From an uncultured Chlamydiae bacterium (GTDB lineage Bacteria; Chlamydiota; Chlamydiia; Chlamydiales; SM23-39), in NCBI GenBank assembly GCA_963828125.1, contig CAWHDP010000002.1, positions 640,001-704,000 of the forward strand: DNA of 64,000 nucleotides, written 5' to 3'. Shown one piece after another: positions 1-10,267 of this stretch. The notes under the pieces were generated by a model. It saw nothing but the letters and a program-made list of their open reading frames with translations, did not search any database and was not told where the DNA came from. Every line of letters begins with the position of its first letter. Within the stretch, counting starts at the first letter, position 1. Position numbers and translations under genes: made by a program.

Positions 1-2
1 AG

Positions 3-869
3 ACGCTCAATTTTATCGGAATGGCCTTTGGAGCCGTTTTTGCAGCAGCAGCCCTCCGGATCTTCCTCATTCCCAATGAACTGATTGACGGCGGGGTGAT
101 CGGCGTCTCCCTGATCCTGTCGCGGCTCTTCGGCGCCCCTTATTTCTCTTTTTTCCTTTTGATTTTGAATATCCCGTTCATGGTTCTCGCTTACAAATAC
201 ATCCGGAGATCGTTCGTCCTTTACATGTTCGTAGCCACCGTCATGCTGGCCCTCTTCTACTCTCTCTTGGAAGCCCTCCCCGCTTTCAATGCCGATCCTC
301 TTGAGGCGATCGTCATCGGCGGCGCCATGCTCGGCGCTGGCGCCGGTCTGATCATCAGAAATGGGGGCTGCACCGACGGGACTGAAATTTTGGCGATCTT
401 GATCAATCGGCGAAAAGGGTTCACGGTCGGCCAAGTCATTTTCGTGATCAATATCTTTATCTTCGCGGCGTATGGCTGGATTTTTAACGACTGGCATATC
501 GCTTTGAGATCGCTCATGACCTACATCGTCGCCTTCAAAATGATGGACATCGTGATCGCGGGCCTTGAGGAGCTCAAGTCGGTCTTGATCATGTGTTCTA
601 AACCCGATCATTTGAGCAAAATCATTACGCACGAATTGGGGCTGGGTCTCACCTTCATCAAAGGAAAGGGGGGCTACTCCGGAGAAGACAGAGATATCCT
701 ATTCATCATCGTCGAACGATTGGATTTGGCTGAATTGAAGGAGATCGTTCTCCGAGAGGATCCGAGCGCCTTTATCGCGATCGAGAATTTGCATGAGGTG
801 GCCTACGGCAGAACGGCCCAAATCGCGCTCAGGCGAAAAGTCAGACATAAAATGGGCGCAGGGCATTGA
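3..869 (+). CDS. YitT family membrane protein (DUF2179 C-terminus); frame open from window start, probably 5'-truncated
   Basis: Multiple TM segments; DGGVIG, GGCTDGTEIL, G-x-GGYSG and EDPSAFI motifs. Confidence 0.85.
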   Translation, partial: TLNFIGMAFGAVFAAAALRIFLIPNELIDGGVIGVSLILSRLFGAPYFSFFLLILNIPFMVLAYKYIRRSFVLYMFVATVMLALFYSLLEALPAFNADPLEAIVIGGAMLGAGAGLIIRNGGCTDGTEILAILINRRKGFTVGQVIFVINIFIFAAYGWIFNDWHIALRSLMTYIVAFKMMDIVIAGLEELKSVLIMCSKPDHLSKIITHELGLGLTFIKGKGGYSGEDRDILFIIVERLDLAELKEIVLREDPSAFIAIENLHEVAYGRTAQIALRRKVRHKMGAGH

Positions 870-870
870 C

Positions 871-1572
871 ATGAGAGAAGAGATCTACCCCGAGGGCTAT
901 TTAAAGCCCCATAAACAGATCCACTCGGTTGACGCATGGCGGGTCTTTCGGATCATGGCTGAATTCGTCGACGGGTTTGAAACCATGACTTCCCTTGGCC
1001 CCTCAGTGGCCATTTTCGGCTCGACGAATCAAACGCCTCAAGAGACAAAATATTACGATCTGGCCGAAACCATCGCTGAGAAAATTGCCAAGAGAGGCTT
1101 CGGCGTCATCACCGGCGGGGGCCCAGGGATCATGGAGAGGGCCAATCGGGGAGCGCAAAACGCGAAGGGAAGATCTTGCGGCCTTTGCATCAAGCTCCCT
1201 GCAGAGCCTCGGCCTAATCCCTACATCGACCCAAAATACGAACTCAATTTTCGCTACTTCTTCGTCCGAAAGGTGATGTTCGTCCGTTACGCGCAAGCGT
1301 TCGTCGTTCTCCCTGGAGGATTTGGGACGCTCGACGAACTATTCGAAGCGCTCACCTTAATCCAGACGGAAAAAATCCATTTCTTCCCCGTCTACTTGGT
1401 CGGCAAAAACTACTGGAAGGGCCTACTCGATTGGATCAAAGAGACGGTTCTTGCCCAGGGAAACATCAAACCGTCCGATTTTCAGTTAATCCATTTGGCA
1501 GATGACCCAGATGAGATCGCAGAGGGGATCGAAAAACACTATAGAAAAACTAAGTCATTAGAGAACTTCTAA
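871..1572 (+). CDS. LOG family (TIGR00730) nucleotide phosphoribohydrolase
   Basis: TGGGPGIME, YFFVRKVMF and PGGFGTLDELFE motifs; ATG at 871. Confidence 0.9.
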   Translation: MREEIYPEGYLKPHKQIHSVDAWRVFRIMAEFVDGFETMTSLGPSVAIFGSTNQTPQETKYYDLAETIAEKIAKRGFGVITGGGPGIMERANRGAQNAKGRSCGLCIKLPAEPRPNPYIDPKYELNFRYFFVRKVMFVRYAQAFVVLPGGFGTLDELFEALTLIQTEKIHFFPVYLVGKNYWKGLLDWIKETVLAQGNIKPSDFQLIHLADDPDEIAEGIEKHYRKTKSLENF

Positions 1573-2425
1573 CTGACGGAGATATTCGCCGTATTCGTTT
1601 TTATTGTACCGGTCTGCAAGCAAAAAGAGCTGCCGCCGATCGATATACCCTTTCCGATAGGCAATTTCCTCAATACAAGAAATTTTGATCCCCTGCCTTT
1701 CTTGAATGGCCTGTACAAACGAGGCCGCTTTATGAAACGCATCAAAGGTTCCCGTATCAAGCCAAGACATGCCCCCTCCCCAACAACCTCACGGTTAACT
1801 CCCCTTGCTCCAAATAGACCCGATTGACATCCGTGATCTCCAGCTCGCCTCGGGCCGATGGCTTTAAACGACGCGCAATATCGACCACTTCAGGTCCGTA
1901 AAAATAGAGACCGGGTACAGCGTAGGGCGATTTGGGCAGCAAAGGCTTCTCCTCAATTCCCAAAACACGCATCCTCTCATCAAAATGGACTACCCCGTAA
2001 CGGTTTGGGTCTCTCACCTGATAGCCAAAAATCAATCCGCCAGATTCAAGCGCCGCCCCTTCTTGTAAAATGTCGGGAAGGCCGTGCCCATAAAAGATAT
2101 TGTCGCCCAAGATCAGGGCAACCGGTTCTTTTCCCACAAACTCTGCTCCAATCACAAAAGCCTGAGCCAGGCCGCCCGGCTCAGGCTGCACTCTGTACTG
2201 AAACTCCACTCCAAGCTGCGAGCCGTCCCCCAGTAATTTATCAAAACGGGGGGTGTCCTCAGGTGTGGAAATAATCAGAATCTCCCGAATCCCCGCTTGC
2301 ATGAGGACAGAGAGGGGATAATAGATCATCGGTTTATCGTAAATAGGGAGAAGCTGTTTAGAGAGCGCCATCGTCGCCGGATAGAGGCGGGTTCCACTCC
2401 CTCCCGCCAAAATAATCCCCTTCAT
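1558..2425 (-). pseudogene. rfbA: Glucose-1-phosphate thymidylyltransferase split by a +1 frameshift (real or sequencing error)
   Basis: [16 protein letters not shown] start; the C-terminal WLDTGT..IQERQG part is in another frame (1558-1770); removing one base from the C5 run at 1772-1776 restores [12 protein letters not shown]. Confidence 0.85.
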
Positions 2426-2437
2426 AAATGCGTCCGC

Positions 2438-3796
2438 TCAACGGGTAAAATGACAGCCTTCAGCAAGGAGATGATCGATATAATTAATCGTGTAATCATT
2501 CGCTAAAAATTTCTTGTCTTCCAGCATGTATTGATGAAACGGAATCGTCGTATGGACGCCCGCAATATGAAACTCGCGAAGGGCCCGTTTCGCGTGACAA
2601 ATCGCCTCTTCGCGAGTGCGCCCTTTAACGATGAGTTTCGCAATCATCGAGTCGTAATTGGGGGGGATCCGGTACCCTCCGTAACAGGCGCTATCGACTC
2701 GCACATGGGGTCCTCCAGGGGGAATATAATGCTCCAACTGGCCAGGCGATGGGGCAAATTGGTTCAGCGGATTTTCAGCGTTGATCCGAAATTCAAAAAT
2801 ATGCCCTCGAAACTCGATCTCCTTCTGCTTGAGGTTCAGCTTCTCCCCTTGTGCGATTTTGATCTGGCGCTGCACTAAATCAATCCCTGTCAATTCCTCG
2901 GTCACCGTATGCTCAACTTGAATCCGGGTATTGACCTCCATGAAATAAAACTCCCCCTGCTCGTCTAACAAAAATTCAACAGTCCCGACAGAGTGATACT
3001 TGGCGGCTTTGACAATGTTCACGGCGCACTCACCCATTTTTTTCCGCAGGCTCTCCCCTACCTTCGGACTCGGAGCCTCTTCAATCAGTTTTTGACGCCG
3101 CCGCTGAATGGTGCAATCCCGTTCGCCTAAATAGACGTATTGGCCATGCTTATCGCCCATGACCTGCACTTCGACGTGCCGAGGATTGACAATCATTTTT
3201 TCTAAATAGACGTCGGGATTATGGAAGCTCGCCCCTGCCTCCGCTCTCGCAGCCATAAATTTTTTAACAAAATCGTCCTCAGAATAGGCGATCCGAATCC
3301 CCTTGCCTCCGCCGCCAGCTACCGCTTTGATAAAAATAGGAAATCCAAATCTACGGGCCTCTTTTAACCCCTTCTCCACATCTGAAACAATCCCCTCCGA
3401 ACCGGGAATTACGGGACATTTCACGCTCTTGGCGGTCGCCTTCGCTGCAGCCTTATCGCCCAAAGCGGCGATTGCATGGGAGGAGGGGCCGATAAAATTG
3501 AGGCCGCAGCTCTCGCAAATAGAGGCAAAGTTGGCGTTCTCACTCAAAAATCCATAACCAGGATGAACCGCATCGGCATGGGTAATCTCGCAGGCAGCGA
3601 TTAAATTGGCGATTTTTAAATAGGATTTATTGGAGGGGGGCTCTCCAATACAAATCGCCTCATCGGCGTGGTGGACATGCATCGCCTCAGCATCGGCTTC
3701 GGAATAGACAGCCACCGTCGACAAGCCGAGATCGTGACAGGCTCTGATAATCCGAACGGCGATTTCGCCTCTGTTGGCTACAAGTACTTTTTTCAT
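2438..3796 (-). CDS. accC: Acetyl-CoA carboxylase biotin carboxylase
   Basis: MKKVLVANRGEIAVRIIR, HPGYGFLSEN, ERDCTIQRRRQK, EVNTRIQVEH; ATG at 3796 overlaps the accB stop. Confidence 0.97.
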   Translation of the reverse strand: MKKVLVANRGEIAVRIIRACHDLGLSTVAVYSEADAEAMHVHHADEAICIGEPPSNKSYLKIANLIAACEITHADAVHPGYGFLSENANFASICESCGLNFIGPSSHAIAALGDKAAAKATAKSVKCPVIPGSEGIVSDVEKGLKEARRFGFPIFIKAVAGGGGKGIRIAYSEDDFVKKFMAARAEAGASFHNPDVYLEKMIVNPRHVEVQVMGDKHGQYVYLGERDCTIQRRRQKLIEEAPSPKVGESLRKKMGECAVNIVKAAKYHSVGTVEFLLDEQGEFYFMEVNTRIQVEHTVTEELTGIDLVQRQIKIAQGEKLNLKQKEIEFRGHIFEFRINAENPLNQFAPSPGQLEHYIPPGGPHVRVDSACYGGYRIPPNYDSMIAKLIVKGRTREEAICHAKRALREFHIAGVHTTIPFHQYMLEDKKFLANDYTINYIDHLLAEGCHFTR

Positions 3797-4251
3797 TCGG
3801 TGATTCGCAAAAGCCTGGTTCCAAATTCTACAGCCTCGCCGTTCTCTGCTAAAATTTCGGCCACTGTCCCGCTGACGCCAGCCTTCACTTCGTTCATTAC
3901 TTTCATCGCTTCGACAATGCAAACGACCGTCTCCTCACCCACTCGATCCCCCACCTTCACAAAAGAGGGCTGATCGGGCGCAGGGGATGAGTAATAAGTC
4001 CCAACCATCGGAGACGTCACGTAAGTGCCTGACGAGTCTCCTCTCACAGAACCTCCCCGCTCCCCCAACATCGGAACCTCCGATTGAAAAGCCGATTCGG
4101 TCTCCGCAGCCGTCACGCGAGGCCTTAGCGTAGGCGGATGGATCGACTCTTTTTCGAGGTGGAGTTCAAAATCCCCTTTTTTATAGACGAGCTTACGCAA
4201 CTTGCTCGCCTCAAGGCAAGTCATCAAATCTTTTATTTGATCAATATCCAT
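3793..4251 (-). CDS. accB: Biotin carboxyl carrier protein
   Basis: SPMVGTYY and EAMKVMNE biotinylation motif. Confidence 0.95.
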   Translation of the reverse strand: MDIDQIKDLMTCLEASKLRKLVYKKGDFELHLEKESIHPPTLRPRVTAAETESAFQSEVPMLGERGGSVRGDSSGTYVTSPMVGTYYSSPAPDQPSFVKVGDRVGEETVVCIVEAMKVMNEVKAGVSGTVAEILAENGEAVEFGTRLLRITE

Positions 4252-4800
4252 TTAAACTCGCTGTATATAATCGTTGGTCTGGGTGTCGACTTTAATCACA
4301 TCGCCGCTTTCAATAAATAGAGGCACATCGATTTTTGCCCCTGTTTCCAAGACAGCCCTCTTCGTCGATCGATCAGCAGATTCAGACCCTTCTGTTTTAA
4401 CGACCATGATTTCCAAAAACTGAGGCAGCTCGATTGCGAAAATCATCTCCCCATAAAACATCGCCTTGACCTGAATCCCTTCCTTAAGATAGTGAACCTT
4501 CTCCGCGAGAATCGTCGAGGGAACCGGGATCTGTTCGAGATTGCCGACATCGAGAAATAGATATTCTTTCCCTTCCGGATAGAGAAACTCTAAATTTCTC
4601 TCTAAAAGAGAAACCTCCTGAACCGTCTGATCCAGCTTGAAATTCTTTTCAATCGTCTCGTCGGTGATCAAATTGCGAAGTTTCGTCTTTACAAACGGCG
4701 TCCCCTTCGCAACGGTCACTTTCACACTCGATTCAACACGAAAAATCTTCCCGTCGATATTGAGCGTCATTCCAGGAGTGATCTGGTTGGCTGTCGTCAT
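4252..4800 (-). CDS. efp: Elongation factor P family protein
   Basis: TKRAVLETGAKIDVPLFIESGDVIKVDT...YIQRV C-terminus; chlamydial rpe-efp-accB synteny. Confidence 0.9.
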   Translation of the reverse strand: MTTANQITPGMTLNIDGKIFRVESSVKVTVAKGTPFVKTKLRNLITDETIEKNFKLDQTVQEVSLLERNLEFLYPEGKEYLFLDVGNLEQIPVPSTILAEKVHYLKEGIQVKAMFYGEMIFAIELPQFLEIMVVKTEGSESADRSTKRAVLETGAKIDVPLFIESGDVIKVDTQTNDYIQRV

Positions 4801-5456
4801 TTTCTCACAATCCGTTTTAATTCACTGAGGTCGGAAATCGCATAGTGAACCCACTGATCCGTCTTCCCAACCCGTCCCCGTCCCCAACGCATATGAACCG
4901 TCGTGATCCCCAGCTCAAAAGCGGGGAGGAGATCCATTGCAACCCGATCTCCGCAGACCATCACATCGCACGGCGACAGAGAAAATTCCTCAAGCAACCT
5001 CCGATAAAAGGGTTTCTTGATAGAATCCTCAGGGACAGCTATGTTACTAAAAATCGTCTTATCAATACCAGCTTTTTCGAGCTTTTCCATCTGAAAAGGG
5101 GGATGGCCGCCTGTCACTAGGGCCAAAGTATCCGTTTGAGCCAGCGTCTTCAAAATTTCCTTAGCATGGGGCGTCGTCGGAATCGAAAAACCCTCCGGCA
5201 GAGGCCGAACCATCTCTCGAAGAGCCCCCTCAATCAACGATGAGCGGGCGCCCCTCTTAGCTAAAAATTGAACCAAGGCGTCCTTCGACTTCAGCGCCTG
5301 AGCATTGATGGCCAGCAGCTCGGCATAGGCTGTTTCAAAATCGGGAACAACGAGCCCCCCCGCTACGAACCCCTTCAGGCACTCCCTCAACTTAAAAGGG
5401 GTCACTGCACCTGAAGTATCGATCAAAGTGTCGTCCAGATCAAAGATGATCAACAA
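4797..5456 (-). CDS. HAD-superfamily hydrolase
   Basis: IFDLDDTLID motif I; GDRVAMD motif IV. Confidence 0.85.
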   Translation of the reverse strand: MLIIFDLDDTLIDTSGAVTPFKLRECLKGFVAGGLVVPDFETAYAELLAINAQALKSKDALVQFLAKRGARSSLIEGALREMVRPLPEGFSIPTTPHAKEILKTLAQTDTLALVTGGHPPFQMEKLEKAGIDKTIFSNIAVPEDSIKKPFYRRLLEEFSLSPCDVMVCGDRVAMDLLPAFELGITTVHMRWGRGRVGKTDQWVHYAISDLSELKRIVRK

Positions 5457-6417
5457 TTTTCATTAACTCCTGCGCTAATTTTTTTGAATCGTGCCGGATT
5501 AAATTGCGCCGGATCAAATCCCTTTTGGGTTCTTCCGCCAGTTTACCTAAGAGATCTGCCGAAATCAACCGGTCGTCATCGATGTCATTTTCGACCAGTT
5601 CTCCCTCTTCAGCATAGACGTCGATCAATTCTTTGGTCGGCTTCTGGGCATTAATCAAAACATAATCAAACACATCTTTGCCTAAATACCGGACAAGCTC
5701 CTTTAAGTAATGGGAAGTTTTGAATCCTGTCGTTTGCCCTTTCCGGTTCATTAAATTAACGACGTAGACTTTTTTGGCGTCGCTCCGAGCAATCGCCTCA
5801 GAGACCCCTTCGACCAGCAAATTGGGAATGAGGGAAGTGTGGAGCCCTCCTGGGCCGACGACGATCAGATCGGCATTTTGAATCTCTTCGATGACCCGCG
5901 GATTCACCTTAGGGAACGGTTCGAGAAACATCGTTTTATACCCCTGATCGATCTCCTGCGATAGATAGACCTCTTTTTCCCCCTCGAGGATCCGCCGGTT
6001 GTTCAGAACCATCTTCAGCCGGACCTGGTGGGTCGTTACCGGGATGACCTTTCCCTTGATATAGAGAATTTTCCCCGCCTCTTCAACCGCCTTCTCGAAG
6101 CTGCCCGTCACTTTTTCCAGAGCTGAAAGGAGCAAATTGCCGAAGGAATGACCTCCCAATCCCCCATTTTCAAAACGGTAATTCATTAAAGAGCGCATCA
6201 ACCGGCTCGAATTAGACAAAGCGACCAGGCACTGCCGGACGTCTCCCGGAGGCAAAACCCCCAGCTCATCGCGGAGAATCCCCGTACTCCCTCCGTCGTC
6301 TGCCATTGAAACAATCGCCGTCAAATCGAGCGGATATTTTTTCAAACCTCTTAAAATGACGAAATTCCCGGTACCCCCTCCGACTACGACCACTTTTTTC
6401 ACAGACGCACGATTCAT
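5440..6417 (-). CDS. YvcK/GlmR (CofD-related) family protein
   Basis: GGGTG, MADDGGSTG, PPGDVRQCL, GHSFGNL and RHDS motifs. Confidence 0.9.
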   Translation of the reverse strand: MNRASVKKVVVVGGGTGNFVILRGLKKYPLDLTAIVSMADDGGSTGILRDELGVLPPGDVRQCLVALSNSSRLMRSLMNYRFENGGLGGHSFGNLLLSALEKVTGSFEKAVEEAGKILYIKGKVIPVTTHQVRLKMVLNNRRILEGEKEVYLSQEIDQGYKTMFLEPFPKVNPRVIEEIQNADLIVVGPGGLHTSLIPNLLVEGVSEAIARSDAKKVYVVNLMNRKGQTTGFKTSHYLKELVRYLGKDVFDYVLINAQKPTKELIDVYAEEGELVENDIDDDRLISADLLGKLAEEPKRDLIRRNLIRHDSKKLAQELMKIVDHL

Positions 6418-7115
6418 AGACAATTTCGCAAGTTTTCAATCGCTTTTTTGAGATCGGGTTGGCTAAAGAGAAAATGACCGCTGACCAAAACGTTCGCTCC
6501 CGCCTCCACGCAAGCCCGTCCGGTCTCTGTGTTGATGCCGCCGTCTACCTGAATATCGAAAGGCGGCAAGGAGAGCCCCGGCCGAATCAGCCCGCCCTGC
6601 CGGATTCCGTGCCGATCACAGTACTGCCGAGCCAGCTCGACTTTTTCAAGCACTTCGGGCATAAATTTTTGTCCGCCGAAACCGGGACTCACTGTCATGA
6701 GCAAAATCAGATCGCATTTTTCAAGATATGGGGGAATCATTGAAAAAGAGGTTTCAGGGCGGAAAGCGAGCCCCGCCTTTTTGCCGCACCGCCGAATGAA
6801 GGCAAGGGTCTCGTCCACATCCTCGGTCGCCTCAAAATGAAACGTGATCCGATCGGCCCCTGACTGAGCCAGCGCTTCGATATAGTCGAACGGGTTATAA
6901 ACCATGATATGCACATCAAGGAAAAGAGAGGTCGCTTTCCGGATTGCGGCAAGAGCGCGCGGACCTAAAGTCAAGTTGGGAACAAAATGGCCATCCATGA
7001 TATCGACATGGATCCCATCGGCCGCCGCCCGTTCGAGCCGCTTTGCCTCATCAGCGAGCCTTCCGAAATCTCCAGAGAGGATTGAGGGACATATTTGGAT
7101 CGGAAATTTTTCCAT
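6414..7115 (-). CDS. rpe: Ribulose-phosphate 3-epimerase
   Basis: HVDIMDGHFVPNLT, MTVSPGFGGQKF and VDGGIN motifs. Confidence 0.95.
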   Translation of the reverse strand: MEKFPIQICPSILSGDFGRLADEAKRLERAAADGIHVDIMDGHFVPNLTLGPRALAAIRKATSLFLDVHIMVYNPFDYIEALAQSGADRITFHFEATEDVDETLAFIRRCGKKAGLAFRPETSFSMIPPYLEKCDLILLMTVSPGFGGQKFMPEVLEKVELARQYCDRHGIRQGGLIRPGLSLPPFDIQVDGGINTETGRACVEAGANVLVSGHFLFSQPDLKKAIENLRNCL

Positions 7116-7127
7116 ATTTCCATTATC

Positions 7128-9002
7128 TTAGAGAAAGAATCGATTAAATTCGACCAGAAACTGATCCTGCTCTTCTTTCACATCGGACGCCAGCATGTAC
7201 CCAATAAACGGACTTTCATGGACGTCGAGGGAAAATGAGACGAGTTTTTGTGTAGGAAGAGAAAATTCGGCATGCCGTTTTTTCTTGGGTGCCGCCACAT
7301 AAATTCCATGACTGTCTTGCCGCTTCTGCATCGCATCGACTTTGACCGCCTGCGCGAGCGTCAAAAAGAACTGTTTCAGCGGCTCAGTCTCTAAGCTGCT
7401 CCGCATTTCAATCGGGACGATCGCATAGAAGAATTTTTCGATTAAGATCGGATCAGCGCTTCGCCCTAAAGCCCTCTTTAGGGCGTTGAGCGACTCTCCC
7501 AGTTTATAGATCATCCCGCCATTGTAATCGCGCACTGGCCCCAAAATGCGGCTCACTTGAGTCAACACAAATTCGCGGGCCTTATACAGATCGACCGAAT
7601 GATCCGAGCGGAGAAAAGGATCCCCCGCGATCACCGTCCGGAACACGGTCGCCTCTTTGACATACTTGCGCCGTAAATGACCCACCCGTCGAATCCGGTC
7701 GGGGATATACTTCAACTCACTTTTTTGCGCGCTGAAAATCTCCTGCACGCTCGGCTCTTTCTCTGAGACCACCCTGAGTAAAATCACGGTAAAACAAAGA
7801 TCGCTCCCCTTTTGCTCATCGAAAGAGATGGTGATCTGAGGCATATCGCCGACAAAGCGGAGCTGTCTTGAAAGGGCCATGATGTTCCGGAGCACCTCTT
7901 CTTCGTTGCGCGGCATGAAAATCGGATGGGCAAGCTGTTCGATGTGCCTTTTAATCTGATCGGGAAGAGACACTTTCAAAAGCTGGATCTCTTCCAAACT
8001 GAAATCGGATCCGTCTCTCTTTTCGATCTCGAGATACAGAGTCTGGATCGCATCTTCATTCCGATCGACAAACGCCGACCCGTCGACCAGGCGGATCGAC
8101 GCGAGATTTTTTTGAATAGCCGAAATCAAGTGATTGGTTTCAAATACTTCATGCTCGCGAAGAAAATTAAGAGCGGTTAAGACGCCCAATACCGGCCTCT
8201 CTTTTTGCGTGGAAGCGGTCAGTTTCGCTTTGAGGAATTTGAAAATGACATGCCTTTTATTCGGATAGACCTGGACATTTTGCTGGATGAATTTTCGGAG
8301 CGAATGCAAATTAGAGATGATTCGGCTGATGTGGTGGTAATCGCGCAGCGTTTTAAAATCGTCCCGGACACAGACGAGAAAATGTTGCATCTGAGAAAAA
8401 ATCCCCTGATCAAAATCCTTCGAGTGGCTCTGGATCAGCGAGCCGATTTTCTCTTGAATCATCGCCGTCTTTCCATCAGTAGAGAGTCCCTTGAATTCAA
8501 GGATGCGGCGCGCATGGTAATTGGAGACGACCCCGAGCCGGATCTCCGTCTCGATCGGATGCAAATTGCGGCGAGCCGCCTCTACGTCCTGCGCGCTCTT
8601 GAGATGGATCACCATTTCCGCGACAGAGAGGAGATCGTCCGAAAGGTGCGGCAGCCGGACGTCAGAGGCGAAGAAAAGCTCGACGTTCACCCGTTTTTGC
8701 GGCAAAAGCCATCGGCTGATCATGTCGTAGAAGAAGTTGCAGGCGTTCAGCCGATATTTGCAGAGCAGCAGCACCGAGAGGGCGCACGGCGCTTTCGTCA
8801 GATCAGACCAACAGATTAACGGGAGCATGTCTGCGAACCTCGCCCTTTGCGCAGGGAGACCATGGCCCCCTTCTTCGAGAAGATCTGCCGGCACCAAACG
8901 GCGGATCAGATCCTGCGCCCCATCCCGGTAATATTCAGCTTCGATATAAGGACAACTGAATTGAAACTCAAATTCTAATTGCTCTTCTAACTGTGCAAAC
9001 AT
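7128..9002 (-). CDS. Hypothetical protein (624 aa)
   Basis: Long ORF co-directional with the rpe operon; no motif recognised. Confidence 0.7.
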   Translation of the reverse strand: MFAQLEEQLEFEFQFSCPYIEAEYYRDGAQDLIRRLVPADLLEEGGHGLPAQRARFADMLPLICWSDLTKAPCALSVLLLCKYRLNACNFFYDMISRWLLPQKRVNVELFFASDVRLPHLSDDLLSVAEMVIHLKSAQDVEAARRNLHPIETEIRLGVVSNYHARRILEFKGLSTDGKTAMIQEKIGSLIQSHSKDFDQGIFSQMQHFLVCVRDDFKTLRDYHHISRIISNLHSLRKFIQQNVQVYPNKRHVIFKFLKAKLTASTQKERPVLGVLTALNFLREHEVFETNHLISAIQKNLASIRLVDGSAFVDRNEDAIQTLYLEIEKRDGSDFSLEEIQLLKVSLPDQIKRHIEQLAHPIFMPRNEEEVLRNIMALSRQLRFVGDMPQITISFDEQKGSDLCFTVILLRVVSEKEPSVQEIFSAQKSELKYIPDRIRRVGHLRRKYVKEATVFRTVIAGDPFLRSDHSVDLYKAREFVLTQVSRILGPVRDYNGGMIYKLGESLNALKRALGRSADPILIEKFFYAIVPIEMRSSLETEPLKQFFLTLAQAVKVDAMQKRQDSHGIYVAAPKKKRHAEFSLPTQKLVSFSLDVHESPFIGYMLASDVKEEQDQFLVEFNRFFL

Positions 9003-9234
9003 TGACTAACCTCTTTTTTTCCGCGTAACTGGATAAAAAATTGACCCGACGCCAGAAATTTTCAATCTAGCGAATATATTTAAAAAAAATAAAGGAGAAA
9101 GTTTATTTTACAAATTTTCTGAGTTTGTTGAACAGATGATTCTTTCGCAAAAGGCACTCTCAGAGAGAGGGTTGCGTAGAGAAAAGCGGTTCAAATTATT
9201 TTTGATAAATTAAAACAAACTGTTCTTTTTATGT

Positions 9235-9282
9235 TATACTGCGGCCACCCCAAAAGTGTGAATTTGGGGTGGCCGCAGTATA
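9235..9282. repeat. TA-flanked 48-bp palindromic MITE/REP-like element, copy 1
   Basis: TATACTGCGGCCACCCCAAA-AGTGTGAA-TTTGGGGTGGCCGCAGTATA; perfect 20-bp arms. Confidence 0.9.
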
Positions 9283-9283
9283 T

Positions 9284-10267
9284 CTAAATACGGGCATTAA
9301 AGGAGAGGACGCCACTGATAAATTGCGTGGCGTTTCTTCCCGCCAGCGCACCCCAGACGCCGAAGAGAAAGCCCAAATTTTCGTTGAGATTATACTCGAT
9401 CGCAGGAGCTATGCTAAATTGCTCGACGGAGAGACTCGAGACCGAACCAATCGACTCCTCGTCCAGATCGCCTGCCTGGCCGCAAAAGCGGTTTTTATCC
9501 GTATGCTGATAGATGAGATCGCAAGCAAAAGCCCACCGTTGATCCAAATTGTACTGGATGGCCCCATCTACTAAAAGTACATTCCCTGGATAGACCGTCC
9601 CCCGCGTGCTGCTGACGCCCCCATATGTATTGATCCCTTTGACGCCAACAGGAATTCCAAACCGATAAGAACTCGAAAGACGCCACTCCAAATAGTGCGT
9701 TCCGTAAATATGCAACAGCTGGCCCAACGTCAAAATCGGCCCAGGCGCCCAATTGCCGGAGCCTCCGATATCTGTCTGCAGTCTGTTGGCACTCAACTGC
9801 TGATATTTGCCACTGGGGATATTCACCCCAAGCCCTAGCTTAATCGAAGGCCAAGGATCGGTTGTTTTGGCATCGAGCCACTGGAAATTAAGGACGATCG
9901 GCAAATCGCCCAATGTAGAGGTTCCAACTCCTTGCGTATGTTTGTAATGCATCTGGGGCGTCAATTGGAAATCACATGCATCACAAATTCCCACCTTCAC
10001 GGGAAGCCGGAAATTCAAATGATAAAAATTGGGTTGATTCTCGACGTGCCAATCAGAGGTAAAAATTCCCGTATCCGCTGTGAAAAAAAGATAGGGTTGA
10101 ATGTTGACTCTGCCCGCACGGAGAGTGTTTGCTGAAGGGGCGATCAGGGGGCCTGTAAACCAGGGTTTAAAACCCTCTTGTGCGGAGATCCGATGAGTCT
10201 CTTCCTCATCTGCCGCTAAAGCGCCGATGAGTAAAAGAAAAACAACTGCATGAAATCTTATAACCAC
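9284..10267 (-). CDS. Putative outer-membrane beta-barrel (MetA-pathway/phenol-degradation-like transporter)
   Basis: Signal peptide, WFTGPLIAPS, amphipathic strands, PAIEYN motif. Confidence 0.55.
   Translation of the reverse strand: MVIRFHAVVFLLLIGALAADEEETHRISAQEGFKPWFTGPLIAPSANTLRAGRVNIQPYLFFTADTGIFTSDWHVENQPNFYHLNFRLPVKVGICDACDFQLTPQMHYKHTQGVGTSTLGDLPIVLNFQWLDAKTTDPWPSIKLGLGVNIPSGKYQQLSANRLQTDIGGSGNWAPGPILTLGQLLHIYGTHYLEWRLSSSYRFGIPVGVKGINTYGGVSSTRGTVYPGNVLLVDGAIQYNLDQRWAFACDLIYQHTDKNRFCGQAGDLDEESIGSVSSLSVEQFSIAPAIEYNLNENLGFLFGVWGALAGRNATQFISGVLSFNARI

Noticed and set aside
3797..3922. N-terminal extensions in the ORF track (accC, also LOG, asnB, FtsQ-like, LysM)
   Set aside because: They mostly overlap upstream genes; downstream ATGs match the family starts.
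8205..8819. Long antisense or alternate-frame ORFs (e.g. 8205-8819, 15737-16336, 58208-58726)
   Set aside because: Shadows of longer genes with no recognisable motifs.
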